In this document: positions 11,098-22,667 of the stretch, in pieces
Numbering within the stretch: the first letter of the stretch is position 1
Layout: each line of letters starts with the position of its first letter
DNA from: Podarcis vaucheri
Taxonomy: Eukaryota
Reading direction: 5' to 3' (one strand)
Assembly: GCA_965113315.1 (NCBI GenBank)
Contig: OZ220382.1
DNA length: 64,000 bases
Position numbers and translations under genes: made by a program
The notes under the pieces: model-generated
What the model was told of the DNA's origin: nothing
The model's database searches: none
What the model saw: only the letters and a program-made list of their open reading frames with translations

Positions 11098-12572
11098 TTT
11101 TATTTATACCCCGCCCTCCCCAGCCAAGGCTGGCCTCAGAGCGGCTTACAAGCAATAATAAAAACAAGTTAAATGATTACAACTTAAAAACAAAATTAAA
11201 AAATACAACATACAACAATATTGAATCATTAAAATATTAAAATGTAGCCTCATTGCAGAAGGAGAAGGAAAAGAAAAAAGAAAGAGAGGGAGGGAATCAA
11301 ATTGGCTCCAAGCCAAAGGCCAGGCGGAACAACTCGCCCCGCAGAAAGAAATCAGATCCTGCAGAAAGAAAATTAGGCCCCGCAGAAAGAAATCAGATCC
11401 TGCAGGGCCCTGGTCTCGTGAGGCAGAGCGTTCCACCAGACCAGAGCCAGAGTTGAAAAGGCCCTGGCTCTGGTTTAAGCCAATCTAACTTCCTTAGGGT
11501 CCGGGACCACAAGGGTGTTGCTATTTATGGACCTTGAGGCTCTCCGTGGGGCATACCGGGAGAGGCGGTCCCATAGGTACGAGTGTCCTAGGCCGTGAAG
11601 GGCTTTAAAGGTCAAAAGCAGCACCTTAAATCTGACCCTGTACTCCACCGGGAGCCAGTGCAGCTTGAAAAGCACTGGGTGAATATGCTCCCATGGCAGA
11701 GACCCCGTGAGGAACCTCGCTGCAGCATTCTGCACACGCTGGAGTTTCTGGGACAGCTTCAAGGGCAGCCCCGTGTAGAGCAAATTACAGTAGTCAAGCC
11801 TGGAGATGACGGTCGCATGGATCACTGTGGCCAGGTCGGTGCGGGAAAGGTAAGGGACTGTCAGGGAACTGACATCGGAGCTAGAGGCGGAGGGAAGGCT
11901 CTCAAATGATGCTGGAGAAGGGCCCAGCAGGGAGAGAAGCAGCTCAGCCGATGGGGAAGCAAATCAGTGCAACACCAGGGATAAAGGGGGGCAGATGGGG
12001 GAATCGGAGAGAGGGCTCCAGGACTCTTCACCGGACACCAGCGGGGAGAGCACGGGTCCTCCGCTACCCACGCCCTCCCTGCGCAGAAGACTTCCGCGCA
12101 GGGAGAGTAGGAGGAGACTTGGCGTCAAACAACTTTTGTGTTGGAAAAGGTTTAAGAAATGCCCACTGAACAGATTCTGTTAGCGACTGAGGCAGCCACG
12201 AAGTGAAGGGCTGTCCAGACAGAAAGGTTTAACAAGGCAACACAGCCAGGAGTTGCGGTAACTTACGCACGAGCAACCCCACACTCATTACAGGGACCAA
12301 CTGCTTGATGCAGCGAAGGTGGAAAAATGTCGCCTTGGCTGTTGCTGTAACTTGCGCCTCCATGGAAAGGGAGGCATCAAGGATTACACCCAAACTCTTA
12401 ACGAAAGGCAATGGCACTAATTGGGCCCCCGCAAGAGAAGGGAGTTGGTCCCTCATCCCCATGCCATCCCAACCCACCCATAGGACCTCTGTCTTCGAAG
12501 GATTTAGTTTCTATCGGCTCCCACGAAACCATGCAGCCACAGCTTCCAAGCATCTGGTCAATTTGACAACCT
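11097..12572 (-). mobile_element. L2 LINE 3' fragment interrupted by a solo LTR
   Basis: SRLDYCN...LQRVQNAAAR...LHWLPVEYRVRFK (11475-11825) and VKSLGVILDASLSMEAQV (12293-12477); 3' UTR ending tttatttataccccgcc on the + strand. Confidence 0.93.
11859..12292 (+). mobile_element. Solo LTR (Gypsy-like), 434 bp
   Basis: TG...CA termini, perfect 5-bp TSD GGGAC (11854-11858 / 12293-12297), cleanly splits the L2 coding sequence. Confidence 0.85.
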
Positions 12573-13719
12573 AAAGGTGATAACCTGCTATTAGACAAGC
12601 TAATCTACACAAAAAATAATGAAGAGAAGAGAGATAGAAAAATACAAGGTCCTCTCTCACAGATGTGTCTTTAAATTTTGCTCCATCTAGAAAAAGATGT
12701 GTTCTCTAACTATCCATCCATCAGTTGTGCCAGCAAACATTCCTCATAACAGCCCGATATTCAATCCAGGTTAATATCCGTTTATTCCTCCCTCTGCTGA
12801 TGTTTTCCCAATGCTCAGTCCAGGCAGCCCAGATTCATTATTTTCCTTCCCATCCAAGAAGTCTAAAAGAGATTCCCCAATTTTAATTATAAATAAGTGT
12901 CAGCCATAATATTGGTCCAGTCCAACCTCACAACTTCCAGGCTAATCCCCCCCCCCAATTAATTTCTTTGCGGTGTTTCTATAATATAACAATATTCCAC
13001 TTCCATTTCCAGTTGCCATAGTTTTCCATCCTTATCTTTTAGAAAGAAGCTGCTATTATAACCTATCAGTAATCACTGATCATTTCCTCTTATCACGCCT
13101 AACGATTAACTACCAACAAGAGTCAAGCTGGGAGGTGATGATAAGCCAATCACATATTGGCTATCTCTTGTCAAGTGCCTGCTTTCCTCACTACCACCAC
13201 CCTCTCCAGGTATCAGTTATCATGTAAATTAAGCATGTGGATTCGGGGCACAAATCAACACATCTGTCATCCTAGCATCTCTTTGCAAATGTAGTCATCT
13301 AATGAAAAAATAGCATGCCCAGGGAGAATGCTCTTGTCAGTTTCCATACTGTCTACTGCTAATCAAGGCCATTTGGCAATGAGAATACCAGCCCCCACAA
13401 GAGATGGCAAAAGGCAGAAAATAGCCTGGGACATGATACATTTTGGCACCTGAGAAACACAAAATGGGTGCTTCCCCACCAGAGAAGAAGGGAGTGAGTG
13501 AATATCTACATCTGGAACAATGGAGGCAATAAAGATCTACGGGAACAAGGAGGGAATCAAATCAAGTGGGAATTAAAGGGGAGCTCCTGCCATTTCTTCC
13601 CTAGAGTTGGGAGGAGGGATTGGGGGTGTGTGCCAAAGAGGAGACAGATCCAGCCTCCAGGGAGTGAACCACAGCAGTTGCTGCCACTGTGGCAGCAATA
13701 GCAACAGTAGGTGATGCAT

Positions 13720-13953
13720 TCATAGAATCATAGAACTGTAGAACTGGAAGGGACCCCAAGAGTCATCTAGTACAACCCCTAGCTATGAAGGATTCTCAGC
13801 TAAAGCATCCATGATTACCCAACCTCTGCTTAAAACCCTCCAAGAAGGAGAGTCCACCACCTTCTGAGGGAGTCTGTTCCACTGTCAAATGGCTCTGACC
13901 ATCAGAAAGCTCTTCCTGGTGTTTAGCCAGAATCTCCTTTCTTCTAACTTGAA
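13720..13953 (-). mobile_element. CR1 LINE 3' end (older subfamily), inside a hAT-like remnant (~13425-14037)
   Basis: tcatagaatcatag tail; C-terminal ORF2 remnant; host ends ...gggttggccctg like 60430-60473. Confidence 0.85.
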
Positions 13954-15317
13954 GCTTGGAGGCCAGATCTGCTGTCCCTGTGCCTCTCGCCACCCGAGGC
14001 AGCAGCCTCACCTTGCTTCATGGGTGGGTTGGCCCTGCTTGGGCATAAGGTATCCACCAGAATGAAACTTAAAGATGTAAAAAAGTTTGAGTGTATGCTT
14101 TGCATAGTATCCAAACAGCCTGAAAAAAGAATTAAAAAATACGTGGGAGTTGTATGCTGTATGGCCTAGGATGACTCCAGGGGTCCAGAAGGATAGGCCT
14201 GGTTACCCTCCAGAAGTCTGAACTTACCTACCCTGATATAGAGCCTACGGACCAATAGCATCATCATGTTACTGTCCCTGTCCAAATGCAAACACAGCAA
14301 CAAGTCCTGCCTAGAAGCGGGTAGCCCCACCCCTGTATTTGTAGAATCTAAAGCTGAATGAGCAAATTCATTAGAACACCTTATATAAAACATGTCTCTG
14401 TTTTTAAGGGCCTAGACCCATCAATCATGAAAGGGAAGCAGACCTTAGAGGAAGGCTGAAAGTTCCCATCAGAACATCCAATTTCTGGATTAGATATAAT
14501 GAATGTTTGCCAGGAGTCAGGCGAGGGCTGGGCTGGATAGGCAGACTTATTTACCAAAATCATTTGAATACATTGCAGAAAACCCAGTTCTGTCTCTACA
14601 TGTCCAATTCGCGAACAGAGAAGAAGGCTGAAATCCACTGAATAAATTACCTGTTGTTAATTAATTATTCACCCAGCTCTAGTCATTGTCTCCGGATCAG
14701 TGAACTATAATTTGTAGCTTAATCATGGATGGCTGTAATATATGTAAATTCCGTACCCATAAACTATTCAGCTTGGGCAGTGAAGGATGGAAAATGCTTT
14801 GAGTTAGCAGAGAATCGTACGAAGCTTGAGCAGTAAAGCATGCAGCAACATTTGCGAGCCACATAATTGGAGTCCCTTGAAGTAAACTGTTAGGCTGGAG
14901 CGCTGCTAAAATTAAACTGATATTTATTTACATGCTGGCCAAATAGATCTCTATTGGAGGGGGGAGCAAAATGAGGGTCAGTACTTTACAAGGATTCCCT
15001 CCAAAGCCACGATGGACATCTATGAACTTTGTACATAGAGATGCATTCTGACCTCTCTGCCCACAGTTCCTGTCCATGCCCAACATCAGCACATGACATT
15101 AGCACAAAGCTGTTAGCACACAATGCTCCAGCACTGCCCCCAAGCCCTCTGTTTTGCACTGAGCAGGTAGGAATAACCATTCCTATCTGTCAATCCTGGT
15201 TTCTTTCAGTTTCTCATTTTTCCAGTCTTATGTTCCGTTCTCTATATTTCTAGATAAGTATGCAAGTCCTCACGAAATTTCATCAACATTTAGTGCAGAT
15301 TGCTCCTAATACACACT

Positions 15318-15503
15318 GTTGTTGTTGTTTAGTCGTTTAGTCGTGTCCGACTCTTCGTGACCCCATGGACCAGAGCACGCCAGGCACTTCTGTCCTCCAC
15401 TGCCTCCCGCAGTTTGATCAAACTCATGCTAGTAGCTTCAAGAACACCATCCAACCATCTCATTCTCTGTCGTCCCCTTCTCCTTGTGCCCTCCATCTTT
15501 CCC
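15318..15503 (-). mobile_element. RTE-BovB LINE 3' end
   Basis: (GTT)n tail, agtcgtgtccgactcttcgtgaccccatggac, ccatccaaccatctcattctctgtcgtccccttctcct; TSD about cctaatacacac on both sides. Confidence 0.9.
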
Positions 15504-18234
15504 TAATACACACACTTTTGCCTAAAGTGCACTTTTTTTTTGCAAAGCAATGTTCCCCAATAGAATCCATTTTTTTGCATGTTATTTTCACTAACATATG
15601 CATTTTTATGAACATTTTGCCCTAGTTATGCATATGCATTTTTTGTACATTACTTGGCTGGAAAACTGCAGTGCAAAATTTGGAGAAGTGCAGATGTCGA
15701 AAGGTGGCTATGTTTCTGTTTGTGTATTTGTTACAGGACGTGTGACTTTGGGTAGGTTTCCTGCTCAGAGCTTTTTGGAAGTATTTATCAGTATGTAAAT
15801 GTTTCTAAATAAATAAATAATGCAAAATGAATCACGTTTCCATCCCATCACTATGTTCAAGCAATACTGCCAGCTGTAATTTCTTACAGTGCTCTGGCTG
15901 CATTGCTCTGGTGCAGGGTGGTGGACCTCAGGCCCAGGCCCTCTCTGTCTGGCCCTCAAGAAAATCTCTTTAGGCTGCACACCTATTCAGTCATACCCCT
16001 CACCTGGCTTCCTTGACATCTTCCTTGAGTGTTTTTGTTTGGCTGGAATGCACCCTTGAACTCTGATAAAGCCTCTCACTTGCCTGGATGGAGGATAGAG
16101 AAGGGCATGTGGATTTGTGTCAACTGCTGCTGACTAAAACTGAAGCTAGGCCATAGGGCAGCCATTTTGTGACTGGCACCCACGGCACTTTCTCAGAATT
16201 CCAAATGTGCCAACTCTGGTTCACAATCCTTGTGCTACACAAAGTGCCAATGTAGATTACCATTTAAGTGCATCGGTGCCCACGATGTATGGTAAAACTG
16301 ACAGGGTGGCAAAGATGACCAAGTTACCCAAGTTAGATCACCTGCTGGCAGCACCCAACCATGTGACTTTTCTGCCTAAGGAACCCAACATCATATTGTT
16401 ATACTCTAGGGGAATTTAATTAACACTTTCTCATTATTAATGCTCTATTGTTGCCCTATTGAAACCAATTAGGAAATCCCATTTCCCCCCCTCCCTTCCA
16501 CTCTCATAAAAAGAAGCCCATTAAGCTAATCTAGATGCCCTAATCTTTGATAGCCAACTGTGGGGAAAGTAGCATGATGCACGATCTTGACCTTTACCAA
16601 TACTGTATATTTTGATTGGCTGCCTGTTCTGCCACTTCTCGTCCATTTAGCAAAGCTGTAAACAAGGGAAAATGCTGAATGGCACAGCCTAGCAAATTGC
16701 AGAATGTTGAAAAGGTCAAAATAGCACAGCAGAATGTTACTATCCTGTAATTTACAGAGTATATGAGCCATTCACATTCTAATAACTCATTCTCATGACA
16801 AGCCCAGCAAAAAGACCATAAAAGTCACAGTGTGAATCCATTTCCAAAAGTTTGATCTTTTCTTTTCTTTTTTTTTCTAATAAGGGTGAGAATGGGATAC
16901 AAACTTAACCCAGTTTTAATTTCTGTTCCTCCCTCTAGCACCTAAATGCAAACCTCCACCCCACCCGCAGCAATGCCTCGAATAACACCTCATAAAAACG
17001 AATGTTGGCAAGTTCTCAAAGCCTAACCATGAGCAAGAAATACATTTCAGCCGATATCATTTTCTATTTGTTGTTTTCTGAAAACAGGTTGAATTGCAAA
17101 TCGTTCAAGTGCATTCATTAATGTAAAACAGAAAACCTATTGCGTTGGCAATGGGAAAACTTTTCCACCAATAGACTTCTCTCCCCTCCACCCCCATAAT
17201 CAAGTTACCGGTAAGTCTGCCAGTTTTCTGGGAGCTTCCCAGGGACCTGTGTGTGCTAACCTTTAAATGACTTTAGGCAGAAAGGATACATGTTTCTCAC
17301 CATCATTGACACCACTGGTTCTATACAATAGGGGCTGTGATACTGATATAACCACATTCCAGGTTCTACTTCAAAGTTGTGGGGGGGGGGGGAGAGACAA
17401 GCATTTCTCAGTAGCAATGTACCTTGGATTGAGTGTGGGATTAGAAGGGCTTTTAGTCTGATGACCCAGCAGAGCTCAACTGCCACAATGGGGGCTTACC
17501 AGGCCTATGCAGAGCTTGTTCGAGGCGCTCAGGGTGGGAGTCTTGCTATAATAAAGTTATAAACACAAACAGAAAAAGCAGGCAGTCCCTAATGGGGGCC
17601 CCTGGTCCTCCAAGGCCTGAGACAAGTGCATGCAACTGCCCTCCCCCTCCCCCTGGCCTGCTGCTTGCTTTTGGATTTTGAAGTTTTGTCTCATAGATAT
17701 ACACATTTTTTTCAATCAGGGTCTCCTAACGTCATGCAGTATTATGTGGATTTTCATGCAGACTTCCCCTCAATATATGTATCTACATGCACATTTTCTG
17801 ACTGGAGACTTGCACTGCAGTTTTGAAGGATGCTTGTGTATCAGTTCATGTACTATTTGGGGAGGTGTGAAGACAGGTATGTTCACATTGAAATGCAAAC
17901 TGAAGCAATTTTCCTCTCTCACTTCTGCAGAGCTCCCTTGTTTGCCAGGAAGGGAGCTTGTTCCAGGTTTTTCCCCTGGCAGAAGAAGGTGCCCTTCTTT
18001 CTGGAGAAACCTAGTCAATGAATGTCAGTTGTCCTGACCTGGGAAGCATGGCTACATGAATCTGGAACTGTTGAGGGAGAAGCAATAGGTGGATATTCTG
18101 GAGAAATACCAGGAGTGGAGACCTTGAGGAATCATTCTCTGGGGCTGTGCCCCAGTCAGAGGAGAACCACCTATCACCACCAGCATCAATAATCATCACC
18201 ATTACCCATTTGATTAAGGTGACATACATGGTTC

Positions 18235-18498
18235 TCCCTTTCTCCATATTATCCTCACAAAAACTATATGAGGTAGGTTAGACTCAAGGGCAGTGACTGG
18301 CCCAAAGTCATATTAATGGCTGAGTGAGGATTTGAACGCTCATTTCCCTATAGTCCAACACTCTAACCCAGCCTTTCTCAACCTTGGGTCCCCAGATGTT
18401 GTTGGACTACAGCTCCCATGATCCCTGACCACTGGTCCTGCTAGCTAGGGATGTTGGGGACCCAAGGTTGAGAAAGGCTGTTCTAACCACTACACACG
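18235..18498 (-). mobile_element. MIR/CORE-like SINE interrupted by a MITE
   Basis: tatcctcacaa...gaggtaggtt...gtgactggcccaaagtca...ggatttgaac...ctctaaccactacac. Confidence 0.75.
18369..18480. mobile_element. hAT MITE, 112 bp
   Basis: Perfect 26-bp TIR CAGCCTTTCTCAACCTTGGGTCCCCA; 8-bp TSD ctctaacc/ttctaacc. Confidence 0.92.
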
Positions 18499-18641
18499 CA
18501 AGTTCTCTTGGAATAGAGAACTTGGACTACAGCCCTGTACCCTGAAAGAAGGTAGTGGTGAAGTTACAGTTTTCTGTGAACAGGTTGGGACCAAGAAACT
18601 GGTCTATAAGTGATCCTGAATGTTACTGAAATAAATATATT

Positions 18642-18794
18642 CAGTGCTTTTTTTCTGGGGTGTTGCAGGGGTATGCATACCCCTAAACATTTTGTGAATC
18701 TATGTTTGGCCTCATTGAGGGGCCATATTTCAATATGAGTAGGAAAATGAGAGTACCCCTAAATATTTTTTTTCTTTTTTAGAAAAAATCACTG
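18642..18794. mobile_element. hAT MITE
   Basis: TIR CAGTGCTTTTTTTCT / AGAAAAAATCACTG; 8-bp TSD-like aatatatt/ggtatatt. Confidence 0.8.
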
Positions 18795-20811
18795 GGTATA
18801 TTTAATTGTTAGCAAACCCCATAGTCCTCTTTGAAGTGCGACAATAGATACTGGGGAGTTTAAGGTACCCTCCTTCCGGGTTACCTTTGATCTGAGCCAA
18901 CAGAGCTGTTTTTACATTTTTAGTGGGAACAAATACTAATGAATTGGTAAGAGCAGGATTGATCCCAATGCTGCTCCCTGGCTCCAACTAGGCTCCAAAG
19001 GAAATCTTTCACCTCCTTATCAAAGTGTTGGAGAGCCCAGCCATGTCCATAATGGAATCAGATCTTTAGGACTGAAAGCTTTGAGCAAATCAATCAAGGC
19101 TGATGCTTTGATTTAAGCACACTTTAAAGAACTTTCCAAATGAATAATGGACTATCTAAATATTTTATCTATAGGAAAATGGCTTGGGGAAGTTTGCAGA
19201 ATTGTTCTTATATTGGAAATTCTTTTATTTTAAAAAATTAGTTTATGTTTTTAGCGTTAAGTTTTCTGATACGTTTTGCAAGAAGTCATTAATAAATGGA
19301 ACAAATGAGTCAATAAAATTCTGGGAATTGTTCAGTATGTCAGACCAAATGCTGGTCAACGAAACAAAGGCTGAATTTTTAAAAAACCTCAATCCTAAGA
19401 ATGTGAAAGTGTTAACAAATACAGGAGAGAAGGATGTTTACTTCAGATAAGACTAAGATGCTTTACAAAGTAAAATAAGTTCAAATGGTACATAGAGGAA
19501 CACTCTTTTAATTAATCAAATTTATCATCAAAAGTGATGGCAGTGGCAACAAAATCATAGACAAGACTAAACAAAAACAAAAACCCACAAATATAGTTAA
19601 TGAAAAGCAGAGGAACAGGTGAAATGGTTGGGCAGAAGCCACCAGGAACAGAAAAGCTGTTCCAGTGGCAGAGCACCTGCTTTTCACATGGAAGATTCCA
19701 GGTTCAATCCCCAGCATCCTCAAGAAGGGCTGGGAGACATCTCTGCCTGAAACCCAGGTGAGCTGCTGGGCAGTCATTGTGCTCAGCACTGAGCTATTTG
19801 GACCAATGGCCTGATGGTATAAAGCCACTCATTGTCTTAGGTTAGCTCAAGCATAGAAGAAATGGAAAGGGTAGTTTAGCTTGTACACAGAGTGTCGCCA
19901 AGGCTGGTTGCTTGGCATCCATCTGTCTCGGGAGTCAATGGAAGAGTGCATCTTTGCTGGGTCCCCAACCAGTGGTAGATTTTGTCCTTTGAGACTGATT
20001 GGGCATACAGAGGAGTCCAGTGGTAAGTGGAGCCAAAGCCAATGACAGGCAGAGCCAATTCGAGTTTGTCTCCATCATCCTCCCTGCTGAATTCTTGAAG
20101 AGTTAGTTGACAGCCAGTGCCGCCCTCTGGACTGAATATAAATACAGGTGGAAAGCAGACTGAAATTGGTGGGGCAATGCCACATTTACTCTAATAAATC
20201 TGCCTCAACTGGCCCCAACAATTGCCCACAATTGCCACCTGTTGAGAAGTCTGCCTAGTAATACTTTTCATATTGTTACACCCACTGAGATCCTGTAGGA
20301 TGGAGCACCCTGACAACCACACATCTGCTAATACTCTTTCCTGTCTTACCAAGGCAAAATGAGTCTGCAGTAATGTGCCTATTGTCAAAGGACTATGTGA
20401 TCTTTCTAAAATAACTGTGAGACAGAACTTATGAATGTGAGATTGGCTGTCCTCTTGGGATTAATTTATTGTCTGCCTTAGCATGGCAAAAGGAAATTAA
20501 TATGATTTGGAGAATCTTCTTCATTTTGTAGCTCTCTTGAAATCTTATTCTAAATTTCGAGCACCGTATAATGGGAGCTGGGGAGAGAAAATATGTGGAA
20601 AGCAACTCCAGCTTTCAGTTTCTGTCTCAGTTTGACAGGATTGTTTTGATCTTTGTCATCATATAAAGGAATGGAAGAAAATGCTTCTTAGTAAGAACAA
20701 AGCCAACTTTAGGTATTATCTGAAGCCTAGAGACTGCAATTAGGTCACATAACTAGTTGGACTTACTGAAGAGCCTGCTTAGATTCCATTTATTTTGTAT
20801 GTTCCTTGTTC

Positions 20812-20985
20812 CAAGTACAGCAGCAGGGATCATTCTGTTCCTAACTCAAGAGTTACTTCTGTTAGTGTTGAAGCCTACCAAGAGGAAGACGGGTGGAGGT
20901 GTTGCTTAGCAACCTGACAGAGTGACATGATGTTAGCTGGGTGTGCCCTGATTGGTTGTGTCATTCTGAGGGAGTTTTATGCAAC
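20812..20985 (+). repeat. Unclassified repeat carrying an RFX X-box and CCAAT box (inverted relative at ~53490-53667)
   Basis: Colinear similarity between the two loci; GTTGCTTAGCAAC at 20901-20913 and CTGATTGG at 20948-20955. Confidence 0.55.
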
Positions 20986-21656
20986 AGAGCACTAGGGGTT
21001 CAGCCTCCTCCTGGGCTACATTACTCCCTGGGGTTGCTTCACATCCCCAAGGGCTGCCCACGTTTCCCCTGTTACCCACCAACTTTGGCCCCTGGCCTCA
21101 CCCAACCCCAGTATGTGACCCGTGGAATGTTGGGTTGGGAAAAGTTCCCTTCTCCTGTCATTAACTCCACTGTGCTTTGTATGAAGAAGCCCATTCTTTT
21201 GTCTGTCCTGTTTCTCCTGCAAAATATTTTCATTAGATGACTTACTTACTAGTAATATGGGAGAGAAAGGAAAACCCATCTTTCTCTCTTTCCACTTTTT
21301 CCATAACTGAATAATTGTCTATCATGCCCCTACCCTGAGTACTGTTAAGAACACATCATTTTACAAGCATGTTTGCTCCATGCACAGTAAGAGCTGGCTG
21401 TTGCATGTGCCATTTCAGACACCTGTGGCACCATCCATCATCTTCTCAAGGACGCACAGGCCCATTGTCTTAAATAGCCAGTTAGCAGAGTTCCTTGACA
21501 CTACGCAAACCCATTTTCTGCAGCTGTTGTGGCAATAAATTCCACCCTTATAAACGAGAGCACTGCAAATTGACTTGCATGTAGTAACGCTGGCAATAAA
21601 CTTTTCTGGCTTTATTCATTTTCTCCAGACTGTTATCCCCCCAAAATGCAACTTAC

Positions 21657-21731
21657 CCAGCTGGACATCTATCATGCTCGTCTGGTTCTCCATAGGGTAC
21701 ATCGGCTGAGGAGGCCTCTTAGTGACTAAGG
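21657..21731 (-). CDS. IL1RAPL2: Internal coding exon of interleukin-1 receptor accessory protein-like 2 (Ig2-Ig3 linker; probably equivalent to mammalian exon 6)
   Basis: Minus strand shows a strong acceptor (ccctcttttgtctcatttttctcttctAG), a 75-nt phase 1-1 exon and a TGG|GTAAGT donor. Translation xLVTKRPPQPMYPMENQTSMIDVQLG matches recalled human IL1RAPL2 ALLTDKPPKPLFPMENQPSVIDVQLG better than IL1RAPL1 ([26 protein letters not shown]). Neighbouring exons not seen in the window, consistent with very large introns. Confidence 0.88.
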
Positions 21732-22271
21732 CTAGAAGAGAAAAATGAGACAAAAGAGGGATGAAGGAAACTTCAGACAAATGGCAGAATAAGGAAAACA
21801 GCTGTCACAAATGGCTGCATTTTTGTAGTCTTGGTGCAACAAACATTTATTATATTTATTGTTTTGGTAGTGTCAGATTGCAGTAGGAATATAGGGACAT
21901 AGAAACCTGCCTCATGCTGAGTCAGACCATTGGTCCACCCAGCTTAGTATTTCTGACACTGCCTGGCAATTGCTCCCCAGGATTTCAGATAGGAGCATCT
22001 CCCAACCCTGGCCAGAGATGCTGGCAATTGAAGCTGAGACCTTTGGCATGGGAAGTAGATGCCCAACCACTGAGCTATGGCCCTTCCCCCTAAATAAGGC
22101 CACGTGGGCAGCTAAGATTGGACAAACCTGTTAATTTAACTTCTTCAAGTTTCTTTTTTTTTAATCTTAAATTCAGTTCTTCACATTTGTGCAACAATTT
22201 GCTTTTTAAAAAATCCTCATGGAAATTTGCCAGCAGTTTAGTACAATTTTCCCCCTATTGTATTTCTGTAT

Positions 22272-22648
22272 AACAACAACAACACCTTTATTGTCATTGT
22301 ACAACCTGTGTACAATGAAATTAAACAAGCCTCCCTCCCTCTCCCCCCAACACTCAATCTCTTATCAAACAACACACCACCTCACAAGTCAATTATACTA
22401 TGTTATTTTCCATTCAAGACCCTAACAGCCCACAGATAGAAGCTATTTTTTAGCCTGTTGGTACGGCTGATTATATACTTCTATAACTCCTGCCTGAGGG
22501 TAGAAGATTAAAGAGGTGATGCCCGGGGTGTGAGTCATCCCTGAGAATTTTTCTCGCTCTCCTAAGGCAACGATCCCTTGCGCTGTCATCTAGCGGACTC
22601 AAGGGACAGTCCATATCATGTGCTGTATTCACCACCCTCTGTAGAGTT
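22272..22648 (-). mobile_element. Rex1/Babar LINE 3' end
   Basis: Minus-strand translation LQRVVNTA...RCLRRARKILRDDSHPGHHLFNLLPSGR...RTNRLKNSFY; typical ctttattgtcattgtaca end. Confidence 0.85.
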
Positions 22649-22667
22649 TAGAATGGCATATACTCTA

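Noticed and set aside
10886-11172. Poly-Ile / poly-Asn ORFs
   Set aside because: Translation of the (TAA)n microsatellite at the L2 tail.
12640-13080. Possible old L1/Tx1 coding remnant on the minus strand
   Set aside because: No diagnostic motif could be reconstructed by eye.
19184-19450. 88-aa plus-strand ORF with an acceptor-like site at 19254 (VKFSDTFCKKSLINGTNES...DVYFR*)
   Set aside because: No recognisable homology, non-ATG start, opposite strand to the host gene and no upstream exons found.
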